From Spironucleus salmonicida (lineage: Eukaryota): a stretch of 64,000 nucleotides of DNA. The first letter of the stretch is position 1. Each line of letters begins with the position of its first letter. Made by a program: the position numbers and the translations under genes. The notes under the pieces were generated by a model. It made no database searches. It saw only the letters and a program-made list of their open reading frames with translations, and was not told where the DNA came from. The stretch lies in NCBI RefSeq assembly GCF_000497125.1, contig NC_090604.1:124001-188000 (forward strand), written 5' to 3'. Positions 1 through 14,153 of this stretch are shown in pieces.

Positions 1-1
1 T

Positions 2-3000
2 TTGAATATGCCTATGAAAGAAAAGTACGGTTGTATTAACTCCCACGAACTTATCCGCTAGCTTATTTCTCATGGTGGTTGGTATGATTTAAAAGAAATT
101 ACGTTCAAACAGATTATCGACACAAATGTCATCTGCTCCATGTGCCCTGTTGGCGGTGCCAGAAATGCTGTTAACTAACGACTTGTAAGGCATTTCAACG
201 TCATCAACTTCCTAGAGCTCAATAATACTCAACTAGACATGATTTTCTCACAGATAGTCAATTTTTGGACCGAAAAAAGCTTCGACAAGGAAGTTATCGG
301 TGAGGCTCCATTTGAGGTAATCAAATCGACACTGGCCTCGTTCATCGACTCAGAATTAAACATTTACAACGAAACCAAATTGCAGCTTCTCCCAACGCCA
401 TCAAAAATGCACTATACGTTCAATCTCCGCGACTACTCGAAAGTATTCCAAGGCCTGCTAATGGTCGACCCATAATTCATTTATTTGGACGGAAAAACCT
501 CGAAAGAGACCTCTCAGATAACGATAAATTCACCAGAAGACATCAAACGCAATCTGCAAGAGCTATTTATCCACGAAAATCTTCGCGTTTACTACGACCG
601 TTTAATCGACGACAAGGACCAGGATTTCTTTGTTTCCACTCTAAAGAAGAACATCGACCAGTCACTTCTCCAAAGCACAGACTTTGGCACCTTGATTTTC
701 GGTGATTTCATCCAAAATTTCTCCATCAAAAACTACTAAAAACAAGACGATTTGGTCCAAATGAAGCAGAAATTGAACTCAGTTTTAGTAGAATACAGCG
801 ATTACACACAGCAACCGAGCGATTTGGTGCTCTTTACGTCTGCAATTCAGCATTTGGCCAGAATCGTCAGAATCTTGAGACAACCAAATTCGAACCTTTT
901 GCTCATTGGCGTCGGGGGCGTTGGCCGTCAGTCTTTGACGAAAATCGCAGCTTTCATCCTCAAACTTGAAATTTTCCAAATTGAGCTCAAAAAGCAATAT
1001 TCAATAACGGAGTGGAAAACCGATATTAAAACGACTTTGCTCGAATCCGGTCTAAACAGCAAAAACCAGATTTTCCTGATTTCGGACGCTCACATTTTCG
1101 ACGATAAGCAGCTCGAAGACGTTTCTTTGATGCTCAATTCCTGCGACTTTTAGAGCCTTTACGAGCCGGCCGAACTTGAGCAAATTTACACGAAAATGAA
1201 GCCAATTTGCGTAGAAAAATAGATGTAAACCACAAAAATCAACCTATATGACTTATATTTGTAAAATATTAAACTTAATTTCCACATTGTGCTCTGCTTT
1301 TCACCGTCTGGAAGCGCGCTCAGAACGCGTTTAAGGAAGTTCCCAGCGCTCGTTTCGTGCACGTCCATTAACTACATGTTCAACTGGCCCACGAACGCGC
1401 TGAAAGACGTCGGAAGACAGCTTTTGGGCTTCAACGAGCTGAACGACCAGGAGGCAATTCAATTCTTGAATAACTTCCTTATTAACGTTTCTAACGACAA
1501 CAAGGAGCTTTTGCAGAACCAGATCATCGATTTTTGCGTTTACGCGCACCAGTCAATTGAAAAATTCAGCGTTCAGTACAAGCAAGTTCTGTCAAGATCC
1601 AACCACATCACGCCAACGCTATTTTTGAACCTTCTGCAGTTCCTGCTAAAGTTCTTGTAGCAAAAATTCAACTCCTTGAAGACGTATCAAGTACAGCTTT
1701 CGAACGGGCTTACGAAACTCGTCGAAACGCAGCAAAAAGTCTCAGAAATGCAGGAACAGCTCACGAACTTGCAGCCGCTGCTAAAAGACAGCCAGGAGCG
1801 CGTAGCGGTCCAGGAGCAGCAAATTACAGCTGATACAACGCTCGCAAATGAAGCTAAAAATCAAGCCTCAATCGAGCAAAATCTGGCAGCTGAGAAGCTC
1901 AACTAATGCCAGACGATCGAGGCGGACGCCATGCGCGATTTGGCGCAGGCGCAGCCCCTTTTGGACGCTGCGATGACCGTTTTGAACTCGCTCGAGAAGA
2001 AGGATTTCACGGAATTGGGCAGCTACGCGAATCCAGCGCTGGCAATTCGGCAGTGCATGGAGAGCGTCTGCATCCTCTTTCAGCTGAAGCCGAAGCGCGT
2101 CGCGGACTCGCAAAACGTCGGAAAATTCCTCGAGGACTACTGGGACGAGAGCAAGAAACTGCTCGGAAACAGCGGCGCGCTGATGACGAATTTGAAGACT
2201 TTCGACAAGGAAAACATCCCAGAAAGCGTGATCAAAAAGCTCGATTTCTACATCAAATTGGAGGATTTCAACCCCGTTTCCATGAAGAACAAATCCGGCG
2301 CCGCGTCCGGCCTCTGCGCGTTCGTTATCGCCATGTACAAATTTTATTATATCAATTTGGAGGTCATTCCGAAGCGCAAGGCGCTCGAAAAGGCGCGTAG
2401 CGAGCTCGGTGAGGTCCAGGAGAACCTCAAAATCACGAATTAGAAGGTTAGCGAGATTTAGAGTAAACTTGATCTGCTGTAAGAACAGTTCACGGGGGCC
2501 ATAAACGAGAAAAATGCGATCAATTCGAACGTCGAGGAGACCGGAAAGAAGCTCCTGCGCGCCGAGCAGCTCATCCAGAGCCTCGGGGGCGAGCAAATCC
2601 GCTGGCAACAGCAGCAGAAGGACGTCGAAATCGACATTTTGGCCGTTCTGGGCGACGCGATGCTCGCGAGCTGCTGCCAGATTTACATTGGCGCCTTCAC
2701 GCCCGATTTCAGGGCCAAAATCGTCGAAAGTTGGAAGCTGAAACTCGAGGAATTGGGCATCAAATTCAGCGGAAAACAGGCCATTGACATCATGTCCGAT
2801 CAAGTTTAGATCATGGAATACGTGAATTAGTACAAGTTGCCGCAGGACATGAACAGCATGGAGAACGCCGTATTTCTCTTTAACAGCATCAAGCAGATTC
2901 TGATCATCGACCCCCAAAATCAGGCCCAGAGCTTCCTGCAAAACTACTATTCCGAGTCGATTATCACCTGCAAGGCGAACGACAAAGACGTGAGCAAAAA

Positions 3001-6000
3001 ACTCGAAAACGCGCTCAGATTTGGCAAATAACTAGTAATTACGAACTTGACGGAAACAATAGACCCGATTTTCACTCCAATTTTGGAATTTAACCCGTAG
3101 AATTAAACTTCGATAAAAATCGATAATTAAGTAATATAATATAATAATAACTTTAAATTATTTTTAATTACGAACCTTTCCAATCCGGAATTTTCGCCTG
3201 AGCAGTTCGTGAAATGCTGCGTTTTGAACTTTTCGTTGACGCAGTTAGGCCTGCAATCGCAGTTGCTAGGCGTGCTAATTCAGCTGGAACGGCCCGATTT
3301 GGAGGGCCTGAAATCGTCACTTTTGCTCTCAAATTCGAAAATGAAGAGTGAAATTAAAGAGCTCGAGCAGCGCGTTCTGCTGCTTCTGAGCACCTCCGAA
3401 GGCGACATTTTGGACAATATTCAGCTCATCGACACGCTCAGTTTGAGCCAGAAAACGGCCCTCGAAATCACGACGAAAATGACCGAATCGCTCCAAACAG
3501 AGCGCGAAATCGACGAAATCCGCCAAAAATACGTCGTAATGGCCGAACGCGGTGCGATTCTGTACTTCTGCATTCAGGATTTGAAGGAAATTGAGTTTAT
3601 GTACCAATATTCATTATAATGGTATATTAATATATATAAGTAAAGTATACAAATGACGGAATAAGAAGCGGAATTGGAAATTCGACTGGAAAAACTGATC
3701 GAAGTTTTCACGTATTTCCTGTTTTAGACGATTTCCAGGAGCCTCTTTGAGAGCCACAAATTGATTTTCGCGATGTTAATGTGCGTGCGAATTCAGATGA
3801 ATTGGGGCAAAATCACGATTTCAGAATTGAAGTTTTTGCTGATTTAGAGCGAAAAACCGATTTCAAAGTCAATTCCGAACGATTGGCTGACCGAAAAATA
3901 GTGGAATTATCTGAACTAATTAGAGGAAATTAGTCCGAATTTCATAGGAATTACGGAATCGTTTTCGACGCCTTCCACGTGCCAAGAATGGAAGATTCTC
4001 GTGGAATCGAACGCGCCGGAAACGCTCGATTTCCCGAAGCCGTTTGACAGCAATTTAACGCCATTCCAAAAATTCCTTCCACTCCTTTCACTCCGCCCTG
4101 ACAGAATAAACCAATACATTACTATTTACATATAATAATCATTGTCCAAACAATTCGCTGAACCACAAATTTTCAACCTCGAAAAGTCGTTTTTGGAGTC
4201 CAACAACATCACCCCGATCTTATTTGTGCTCTCTGACATGGCAGACCCGATTTCTGACCTCATAAAGTTCGCTGAGCAGATGCGCATGAGCCGAAAAATG
4301 CAAGTTCTATCGCTCGGCCGCGGCATCGAACAGACCGCAATTAACCTCATTAAGGACTACGCAGAGCGCGGCAGCTGGGCCGTGCTACAAAACTGCCATT
4401 TGAGCGTGAAATTTCTACAGATTTTGAACAATTAACTCGATATATTATATAGTAATAAGCAAGAAATACATAAAGATTTCCGCCTCTTTTTGTCGTCGCA
4501 GGCCTGCGATGAATTTCCGGTCCAAATTCTGCAGAATTCGGTCAAAGTTTCAGTCGAAAACCCGAACAATCTGAAGAGCAATTTGCTGCGCGTTTGGCAG
4601 GGCTGCGTGAGCGACAAAATGCTCAACGAGAGCTGCCAGAATATCGCGAATTAGGCGAATTTCAAGAAGCTCGTTTACAGCCTCAGCATGTTCTACGGCG
4701 TCCTTTTGCAGCGCAAGAAATACGGCCCAATCGGCTTCAATACGCCCTACGCGTGGTCAGTTTCCGACATCGAGACTTGTATCAGTTCCCTTCCAGTCTT
4801 TTTGGACCGCTACGAAACGTACCCCAAAGAGGCATTATTGTACCTATTTGGGCAGATAAACATCGGCGGCTGCGTGACGGACAGCACGGATTAGCGCACC
4901 GTTGACGCGATTTGCGTCGATTATTTGAGCCCTGAAAGCGTCAAAAACGGCTTCAGTTGGCAGGCCCAAAAAGTTGATATAACGCTGAATTTGCTCTCTC
5001 AGGTAAGCGACGACTTGGACTATTAAGGCTTTTTGGCTCACATCGACCGCTGCATTCCGCTAAATATCGACCCCGAAAATCTCGGCCTCAACAGCAACTC
5101 GAATATCACGGCCGAACTGAAGGAATCGAACGAGTTCTTAACGGCGATGTTGCGCCTCCAGCAGCGCGTTCTGAGCGACAATTCGCACTCCGCCGAAGGC
5201 GATAACGCGAATTCTGACGTCGCGCAGATCGAAAATCTGCGCAAATTGATTCCTCAGGAATTCGATATTGAGGCCGTGCAATTCAAGTTTCCGACGCTTT
5301 ACGAGGAGTCTCTGAACTCGCTTTTGGTGCAGGAATGCGGCCGCTATAACACGCTTTTGCGCGTCATGAAAACGTCGATTTCCGAGCTGATTCGCGCGAT
5401 TTCGGGCCTCACGATTTTGTCCGCTGAGCTCGAGGAGGTCCAGGGCGCGATTTTGACGAACAAAATCCCGCTCCTTTTCGACAAATACTCGTTCCCGAGC
5501 CTGAAACCCCTTTCCAGCTACATGAAAGACCTGATATAACGAATTCGGTTTTTCGAGAATTGGATCAGTTTCGGGAAGCCAGAAATCTACCATTTGCCGT
5601 CTTTCTTCTTCGCTAGCGGCTTCCTGACGTCCTGCATGCAAAATTTCGCTCGGAAGTACAAGATTGCGATCGACACAATCGAGTTCAATTTCGACGTTAC
5701 GGGCGTCGTAATTAACGATTCTGAGCACATAAAAGGCGGTGCGAAAGGGGTCGAAATGGACGTTTTGCGTGACGGAATTTACATCTCGGGGCTCTACCTC
5801 GAAGCAGGGCGTTACGACGTGCAGAAAAAGGTGATTCAGGAGGCGATTCCGCGCGAGCTCTACAGCAAAATGCCGGTTATGGTCTTCACGCCCAGCGACG
5901 TTCCTGACGCGCGTACGGACTTCTACAGCTGCCCCTGCTACCGCACGCTAGCTCGTTTTGGGCTTCTCAGCACGACCGGGCACAGCACGAATTTCCTGCT

Positions 6001-6085
6001 CTTCATAAACGTGCCCTGCGAGGAGGGCACATAGCGGCACTGGGTGAAGCGCAGCGTTGCGCTATTTGGCAATTTGAGTGATTGA
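2..6085 (+). CDS. Axonemal dynein heavy chain, 3' part (AAA3 to C-terminus; 5' end lies outside the window)
   Basis: All dynein-like ORF fragments share frame 2 and are joined by TAA/TAG=Gln. Motifs: LNMPxKEKYG..ELIRQ, HYTFNLRDYSKVFQG, AAA4 P-loop GVGGVGRQSL, stalk coiled coil, SLGRG..WAVLQNCHL, TTGHSTNF, HWVKRSVAL. TGA at 6083-6085. Confidence 0.96.
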
Positions 6086-7319
6086 TGGAGTGGAAATTAT
6101 ATATTATAATGTATAATAATAGGTATTTGGTGGAGGGGAGGGGAGAGTTTGGAGTGGAGTGGAGTGGGGAAATTTTAAATATTGTTTATAGTATATAATA
6201 ATGATAAATTTGGTGGAAGGGGAATGGATGCTAGAAAGATAGCGAGGCGGGAAGCGGGCTAAGGACGGAGGTTTTGGGGGCTGATCGATACCTGATGGGG
6301 GCAGATAGTGCGGATTCGGCGTGGATTAGAAATAGCGGTGGATAAAGCTAAGGAGCTTGGTGTAAATCTTGAAGATTTACTGCTCTAAGATGCAGTTCTG
6401 CTTCTCAGCTACTGCTAATTAAGCGCTTGGATAAAATTATCAGGAAATAACATTTTAGTGTAAAAGTAAGCAATTAATGTTGCCAGCAGGGCAGTCGGAC
6501 TTTGGTGGTTTTAAGTGGTGAGGTTTCAGTTTTTGTAGATAAACTAATGAAATTTAGATGATTTTAGTTAGTATTTCTTTATTTTTTGTATTTTAATGAT
6601 TACTAAATGAATGAGTTTAGATAGTTAGACTTTAAGTGCTACTAAGGTTGTTTTGCTAGCCTATAAAACTGAGAATTTCGTATGGCATGTAGGTAGTTTT
6701 ATTTTAAGTGTATTAGTATATAATAATACGTTCTTAAATAATTATTTTTGAAATTACGGGAACATTCAAAAACACCAATTCTTAAGTTAAAATTTATTCT
6801 AAAACTAATACGTGGATAATAATTATATATTATTAAAGCAATATATAAGAATAATTCTAGCTACTGATTATAAATTTAATACATTAAGCATAATAAAGTA
6901 GAATATAGAACTCAAACTATACATTAGAAACTCAGTTTTATCAGACTAATCTCAAGCGCAAACCGCAAAAAAGCGGTTAAGTCTATTTCTGATTCTAAAC
7001 TCAATGTCATTTATTACCACATCTCGAGTTTCTCGTTTAAGAATTGGAAAACAACTTTATATTCTATATAAAAACTTTATATTTTCTGCTAGCGAAACTT
7101 AAAAAGTACAAATATGCTCTTTAATACAATATATTTAATTTATTTCACTCTATACGTGACGTATTTGCAACTAAGACTGCCTTTATTACAATGCATCAAA
7201 TTACATTCCATTTATACTTCTGCCATATTAAACCAATTATGACCATAATAATTCGTTTCTCGCCAATAAGCTCTATCTATCACGTTATTTCATATATAAC
7301 GCCATAATCAAAACCCAAA

Positions 7320-8210
7320 ATGACACATGATACCAAATGCACCCTCGACACCAACAGCTGCCCGGAGAGCACATTCTGCCCCGCCACCACCTCTGCCCCG
7401 GCACGCTGCTTGCTCTGCACTGAAAACTTGATCGCATACGGCCAAGGCTGCAATTGCACCAGCGAGCTGGCGACGCGAAACTGCAAATAATGCGCAGCCC
7501 AGACCTGCTCAGAGTGCCTTCCAGGCTACACACTAAAAACCGGATTATGCGAACCGAAGTCACCAGAAACGTGCGCCACGAGCCAGGAGTGCCGCGACGC
7601 CGGTTCTGGCTACTGCGACGAAGCGACCAGAAAGTGTCTGCCGTGCCAGGCAGGCTGCGCCGTCTGCACGTCCCCCACCTTTTGCGCCGCCTGCACCGGC
7701 GCGCGAAACGTGACGAATTCGGACGGCACGTGCACGCTGCCCTGCCGCTAATTCGTCACCAGCAGCTTCTGCCGGAACGGGAGCCCCGATTTCTGCTCCA
7801 AGAACATCACCTCGCCCTGCGACTGCGACGGCGCGGCGCACTGCAGCACGTGCGCGTACGCCAAAAAGTGGCGCTGCGCGTCCTGCCTCTAGAATCGCAG
7901 TTTGAGCGCCGAGGGCGACTGCGGCGCCTGCGCTGAGGGCTTCCAGGCCGTCGGCGCGCTGTGCGTCGAGCGCGAGCGAGTTTATTCTGGGGAAGTTGTG
8001 GAAGGAGGGAAGGGAGGGAAGGGGGTGAGTATAGGTGCGATAATTGCGATAATTGCGGTGGTTGCGATAATTGCAGTTTGCGTGATTTTGGGATGCGGAT
8101 TTGCGGCGAAAGCGTACCGGAAGCGGCAGAAAAGTATTAAAGATGGCGCGGAGCGGTGTGGAGCGGAGCGGAGCGAAACGGGGGTAGAGGCCGCGGTGCA
8201 CATCGCGTGA
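7320..8210 (+). CDS. Cysteine-rich membrane protein (CXXC/CXC ectodomain, C-terminal TM, basic tail), 296 aa
   Basis: ATG 7320 (MTHDTKCTLDTNSCPESTFCPA) is in frame with ORF 7902-8210. Many CxxC motifs, TM IGAIIAIIAVVAIIAVCVILGCGF, tail RKRQK, ends at TGA. Confidence 0.88.
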
Positions 8211-9201
8211 GGGGGATTTCAGGTTTTGCAGTTTGATAATTTGATAATTTGATAATTTACTAAGTTACTAAGTTTGCAGTTTTGCAATTTAGGAAAGAAA
8301 AATAATTGGAGTGGAAATGTGATTTTAATTTGATATTAGGAGGTAAATAAAATTGTATTCAAATAATATTAATTTAATTCAAATTAATTCAAGTTTACGC
8401 GATCTACCGCCCAGTCGAATTACTTGCTATTTCGCAATTCTTCAAACTGCGAAATCCAGCAGCCGCCGCAACGCTCTTTGCTGCCTCAACGGCGCTCAGA
8501 ATCCCAAAAATAAAAGCGCGGGACGCTATTTCGACGCTTAAAACCCGTTGCTGGAATTTAATGGCCAGCGAGAAATTTCAAAACTGCGGGCAAAAGAAGC
8601 GGAAATTTCGCAACGCGGCTGCGCTCAGGGCTGGAATTAGCAAGAACTAGTAGTTATATATATATATATATATTGTAAATGATATTTAATTTGGCGCTAA
8701 CGGCGCCGTTGAATTTTGGCAAAATAATCGACGGTTCGACAACGGAAATGTTATGAAAATGACATAGTTTGCATACATCGCAGGTCGCCGGATATAGTTT
8801 TGCGCACGTGTAGCAGCAATGCTGGGACCCGTGATAATTAGTTTTTAGTAATTTATATTATTATTATACAATAATTGATAATATTGAATTTTTCAAAATT
8901 CCGAAGCTGGTCGAGTGAAGCTTGAGGATGCTGAGTTGTTGAAATTGGGCTATGCGCTGGAGTGGGTGTATAGTATTTAGTGGGTGGCGTTATAATCAAT
9001 TTATAGGAGTAAAGTTTTTTGTCGCGTTGCTAGGTATTAATACATGAGTTGTATTAGTGGTTAGCTTATCTAATTAACTACTCTGTACAAAGCTGTAAAT
9101 TTCACCATTATGTCCTTTATTTTTATTGCGATCTGGTGTACTGATACGAGTTGGTTGCATCAATGATATAAAAATTGTGCTTAAATAACTCAATAGATTC
9201 T

Positions 9202-10548
9202 TCACTCAGCAGTCATAACGCCAGAGCCGAACCTGACCTCGGAGCCCTTCTCGGCTTCGCTGCTCGCAGCGGGTGCAGAGCCGGTAAGGATCATCTGGAT
9301 TTCCTCCTGGGTCTTGCCCTTCGTCTCAGGAGTGGTGAAGAGCAATACAGCGGTTGTGACTCCCATGACGATCAAGTAGGTAACGAAGGGAGACCATTTG
9401 GCAGCCTTGGTAAGGATGGGGAAGAGAACGACAACGAAGATGTTGGGGATGTAGTTGAAGCTGAGCAGGATTGAGGATAGGAGGGACTTGGCCTCGACGG
9501 GGAAGAGCTCGGAGGCGAAGACGAAGAAGATGGGACCAGGTCCAATTTCGAACCCGATGATGAAGACGATGGAGGCCGTGATGAGGAGGGCGGTGTTGGG
9601 TGTGGCGATGATGTAGTTGATCATGAGGGCTACCTGTGCAGCGAAACAAATACCGACGCCGCCGAATAAGAGGATCTTGCGGCCGAGCTTCTCGATGAAG
9701 GCCAGGGCGCCGAGGGTGGCCACAAAGTTGACACCGTTGATGATGATGGAGCCGAAGACAGAGGACAACGCATGTGTTTTGCCAGTTGAATCTTTGAAGG
9801 TGTCTTTGAAGGTCTCAGTGGCGTATACGATAACGGCATTGATACCGGTGCACTGCTGGTTGAGGCCGAGCATGACAGAGAGGATGAGGACCTTGAAGTA
9901 CTTCTTCTCCTTGAACAGGAGCATGGGAGAGATTTCCTTCTCCTCTCTGGGCTTGACGTCAGGTACAAAGAAGAGCAAGACAAAGCCCATGAGAGGCCAG
10001 ATCAGGGTGACGATGAAGTTGATCCACCACGCGTTATAAGTATCTTGATAAGTACGGATGGCAAGTAAGACTAAGGAGGCAACCAAGATCCCAAGGGTGA
10101 CGTTGAATTGGAACATGACACCGAGGAGACCTCTCTTACTGGCCTCAGCGTGCTCACCCACGATGATGATGCTGGGCTGCTAGAACAATACAACGAAGTA
10201 GCCTGCAAAAAGCCTCATAACCAGCCAGTAATAGACATTGAAAGGGATGCAGAGGAGAACATTGAAGATGGCAGCACCAGCAGCACCGACTAAGCCGGTC
10301 TTCTTGTAGCCTATCCAGCTGACAATAGGAGCGAAGGTGAGAGAAGCGAGTAGGAAGCCTACCAGGGAGGCGATAGATAGATAGGGTAGTAAAGTTTGGA
10401 CATCACCATCAGCAACTACAAAACTACTTGAAGTACCAATAGCCATATAGTAAAGTTTTATGATGTCAGAAGAAAAGTTTGCAATGGTGAAGCCGAGCGT
10501 CTCGGCGGCAAGCGATTGGATTGCGAACAGGATTCCGAATGAAACCAT
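9202..10548 (-). CDS. Sugar porter family MFS transporter, copy 1 (448 aa)
   Basis: Two ORFs joined across TAG at 10180-10182. Signatures QQCTGINAVIVYA, IEKLGRK, GPGPI, SELFP, PETKGKT. Confidence 0.93.
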
Positions 10549-11565
10549 TTTGATGGAAAGCACGCTTCTTTTTCGAAACTTTTAATATTAAATTTTGAAG
10601 CTAGTTTTTATATTAGATGTCGGACCAATAAAATATTGTTTGATTATATCCAAAAACAACATAATTAATAGGTATTAGTTATTCCACTTCTAGACACTTA
10701 TTAGTAATCTGTAGTATAGCATTTATAAAAACTAAACTTAAGTTTTACTTATTTCTTAAAACGTAATGAATATTTTATTAATTTCAATACTTATTCAATG
10801 CTAAAATTTAGTCTTCACACTTTTCTTGATTTATTAAGTTAAACTCTCCACGTTAATTAATCTGATTAAACACCACAAATTTAACTTTCGGTTTGTAAAA
10901 TTTATGCATATAATTTATATATACCGAAACCTAAAAACGTATTAAACTAACCTTTACATATTTTATTATACTAAAATATTTATTTTTTGAATAAGTTAAG
11001 AAATTAAAAATATCAACATCTGCTTTTCAAAAGGACCCTATTTACTGACCCAAGCCAGCCGGTTCCCTCTAAAATCCGCCCTCCTCTCGCTACTCTTACC
11101 CTTCAAAACCAACTCTATTCGCCCCTCCCCACCTTCTACCTCTCTCAGAAACACCCTATTTAGACTCCGCACACCGCTGAAAAATCTACCGCAAAAACTA
11201 ACTTATCACATAAATCACATAATAATGTAATACCAATAATCTGGAATTACATTAAAAACTCGAGCCGCCTTGGCTGTATCTAGCCTTTTTCGTTCCAGCG
11301 ATCCAGCAAACACCGATTTTGCCTCCAGGCGGAGCGGCCCATTTTCCTGAAAAATCAGTCTGCGCACATAGCGCCCTGACCGTAAATTCCTCAATTTTCG
11401 ACTGCCGCACCCCCCTCAACTTCACCATTTCACCCCAAATCTGACAGGAATCTCTGCCAAACAGCGGTATGGGCCCGAATTCTGTTACGCCACAAAAGCA
11501 CTTTTGCGCCTCCGCCGTTCGGGCGAAACGGGCGCAAAATCCACTCCGTTTCTTTTTCTTGATGG

Positions 11566-11772
11566 TTATTATTATTATATTATTATATTATTATTATATT
11601 ATTATATTATTATATTATTATATTATATTATTATATTATTATATTATTATATTATTATATTATTATTATTATATTATTATATTATTATATTATTATATTA
11701 TTATATTATTATATTATTATATTATTATATTATTATATTATTATATTATTATATTATTATATTATTATATAT
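11566..11772. repeat. Pure A/T microsatellite-like tract of TATTATTA / (TAT)n variants
   Basis: About 205 bp with no G or C, built from 8- and 11-nt permutations of TAT/TTA. Confidence 0.9.
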
Positions 11773-12110
11773 AATATATATCAGTATTTTGGAAAAGCTG
11801 TAACACGCGCTTATTCTGCTTGTGCGATAAAATGATCCAAATCGTGATGTTACACGCACTTTGTAGTAATATAGCTTGCGCCAGATCGATTGGCCAGATA
11901 ATAGCATATACCACGTTGCGGCCCTTGCCGAAGTTCTGTTATTTTATTATTATGGAACTCATATATTATATTTTACATATAATATCGTTAATATTAATTA
12001 TTTCCCTTAAGATCGAAGTTATATATTTTGATATTTAAGTTTCAAGATGAAATTTGAGTTTTGTAAACCAACTAGTCACTCTATCTAGGATATGATAATT
12101 ATTATCCCGA

Positions 12111-12413
12111 TCAAAAGAACTGTAGGAGATCAAAATCAATTTCTTACAAAATACTTAAATGTACATTGGCTAAGCGTCTGGTTGATGATATGACACCTGC
12201 ACTCTGTGCAAATGTCGTGAATGTTTCTTAATCATCGTTTAGCAGTTGCCTTACGATGTATAAACACCCAAGTTTGATAAGAATATGGTCGTCAGATATA
12301 CTCAATCTGTTATATATCCGCATTGCAACCTTAAGTTCATGTGGTGCAATAGGTCGCTTTGCTTGTTGATGATGCTTGATAGGCTCAGATAGTTCGTGTG
12401 CATGAATGATCAT
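12111..12413 (-). CDS. Hypothetical protein (100 aa)
   Basis: ORF MIIHAHELSEP... extends through TAA=Gln to TGA at 12111-12113. No recognisable motif. Confidence 0.45.
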
Positions 12414-12909
12414 TTTGTAGTTTACTCGAATTGATTTGGTCTATATTATTACTAATATTAGTTTATTGGGAAATAAGGTTGTATAAAATAAGGAGGGGTA
12501 ATTAATATATAATAATGTTAAATTATAAAACTATAGTTTAAGAAATAGAACAAACAAGTTTGTAGTTGTTAAAAGCCAGTTTCAACTATTTTAGTTTCAA
12601 AAATTAAAAATAGAACTAGTTAGTTAAGTGATTGATAACGCATCATAAATTTACAAAATACAAAAATAATAATTTTTTCCTAGATATCTATATTTAATAT
12701 ACAATAATGACATATTATATTTATTGATTGGCAAATTAATTGATTAAAATAAACTAATCTACTATAATTTTATAGTTTAATAGGTGTTTAACCTACTTTA
12801 TTTATGAATAAAAAGAATGAAATTCCAAGTTGAACTGTTTATTTTAAAAATAAATAAAAATATTATTATATTGAAATATATGTATTGAATTTCTTTATCC
12901 TCTAAAAAA

Positions 12910-13527
12910 ATGGATACTGTTGTAGCCTTCACAACTACTGATTATCTGGTTACGCTGACGGATACTGTTGCTACGTCAAATATCTTTGTTCTTGGTCGTG
13001 ATTTTGATAAATCCCGCACTCTCTTGAATAATCATCTTATGATTTGTACTGGAAATGCAGGTGATCGTTGCTCTCACGGAGATTTTCTTAAAGCTCAGCT
13101 AGAGTATTTATAGCTATAAGAGGGTCATATTTCTGTTTCTGCGGCCGCTAATTTGATAAGAAACGACGTTTGGAGCGCTCTGCGCGAGCACCCTGTTTAG
13201 CTCAACTTTGTATATGGAGGATACGAAGAAGGTGTTGGCCCATAACTTTATGGTATTGATAACTATGGAGCACTGCAGGTTACCGACAGAATTGCCCAAA
13301 ATTACTCTATGTACTTTGGTCTTGCTGTTTTGGACGAAGGTCTTGTCCAGAAAAATTTGACCAAAGATCAGATTTTAGCTTTGTGCACGAAGGTTGCCAC
13401 AGTATTAAATAGGAGATTTTTGGCTCAGCAGAGGAGATTTTTGATCAAAATTGTTGGCAAGGATGGTATCGAAGAAATAAGCTTAAAGCTAGACCATTAG
13501 GAGGTATAAGTTGGTACTAAGAAGTGA
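12910..13527 (+). CDS. Proteasome subunit beta type-2 (beta4/PRE1-like), 205 aa
   Basis: MDTVVAF start, GNAGD, GGY..GVGPQLYGIDNYG, LNRRF. Read through TAR codons to AAG TGA at 13525-13527. Confidence 0.88.
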
Positions 13528-14153
13528 TATTTGGTCAAAAAATTAAATAGTATCTTATTTGGATGCAGGGTCGATCTATTTAACTTATATTTATATAGTT
13601 AATAGGATTAATTTAATTGTGGCATTAATAAAAACTAAAAGTAAATATAGATTAATCCAGGTATATATGTCTATGTTGAATGTTAACGAGTATTTAGGGA
13701 TATGTAAGAGTTTCAGCAAAAAAATAACTATATTAAATTATATTATAATCTGAATATCTTTATTATACTTAAAAATAGATAGTTTTAATGATCCAGAAAA
13801 TATTGTTAAAAACAAATTTGATAGCATAATTAAGGTATTCTCAGTAAAAGCATATACTAGATCTGATTCATAAACAGATTCAAATAAAAAACTGGAGTTA
13901 ACTCTCGTACATATTTTCTAAATTATGAATCATTATAAAATATATCTTTATAATTTTTAATAACACGCAACTAAATATTCTAAAATTTATGTTAATAATT
14001 AATGTCAATAGTAAATTTCATATGTACTAAATAAAAAATATTTAAATATGTACTTAAATTCTTTACAACCAAAACAAACATAAATTGATGTTAAATCCAG
14101 TTTTATTTATAAAAATGATTATCTTTTATAGACTTATAAAAATACAGAGAAAA

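Noticed and set aside
2-6085. Dynein as a fragmented pseudogene or a spliced/trans-spliced gene
   Set aside because: All fragments are in one frame separated only by TAA/TAG. The AT-rich patches (about 3080-3180 and 3600-3660) translate as continuous dynein sequence.
11469-11803. Ile/Leu/Tyr-rich ORFs
   Set aside because: They are translations of the A/T microsatellite.
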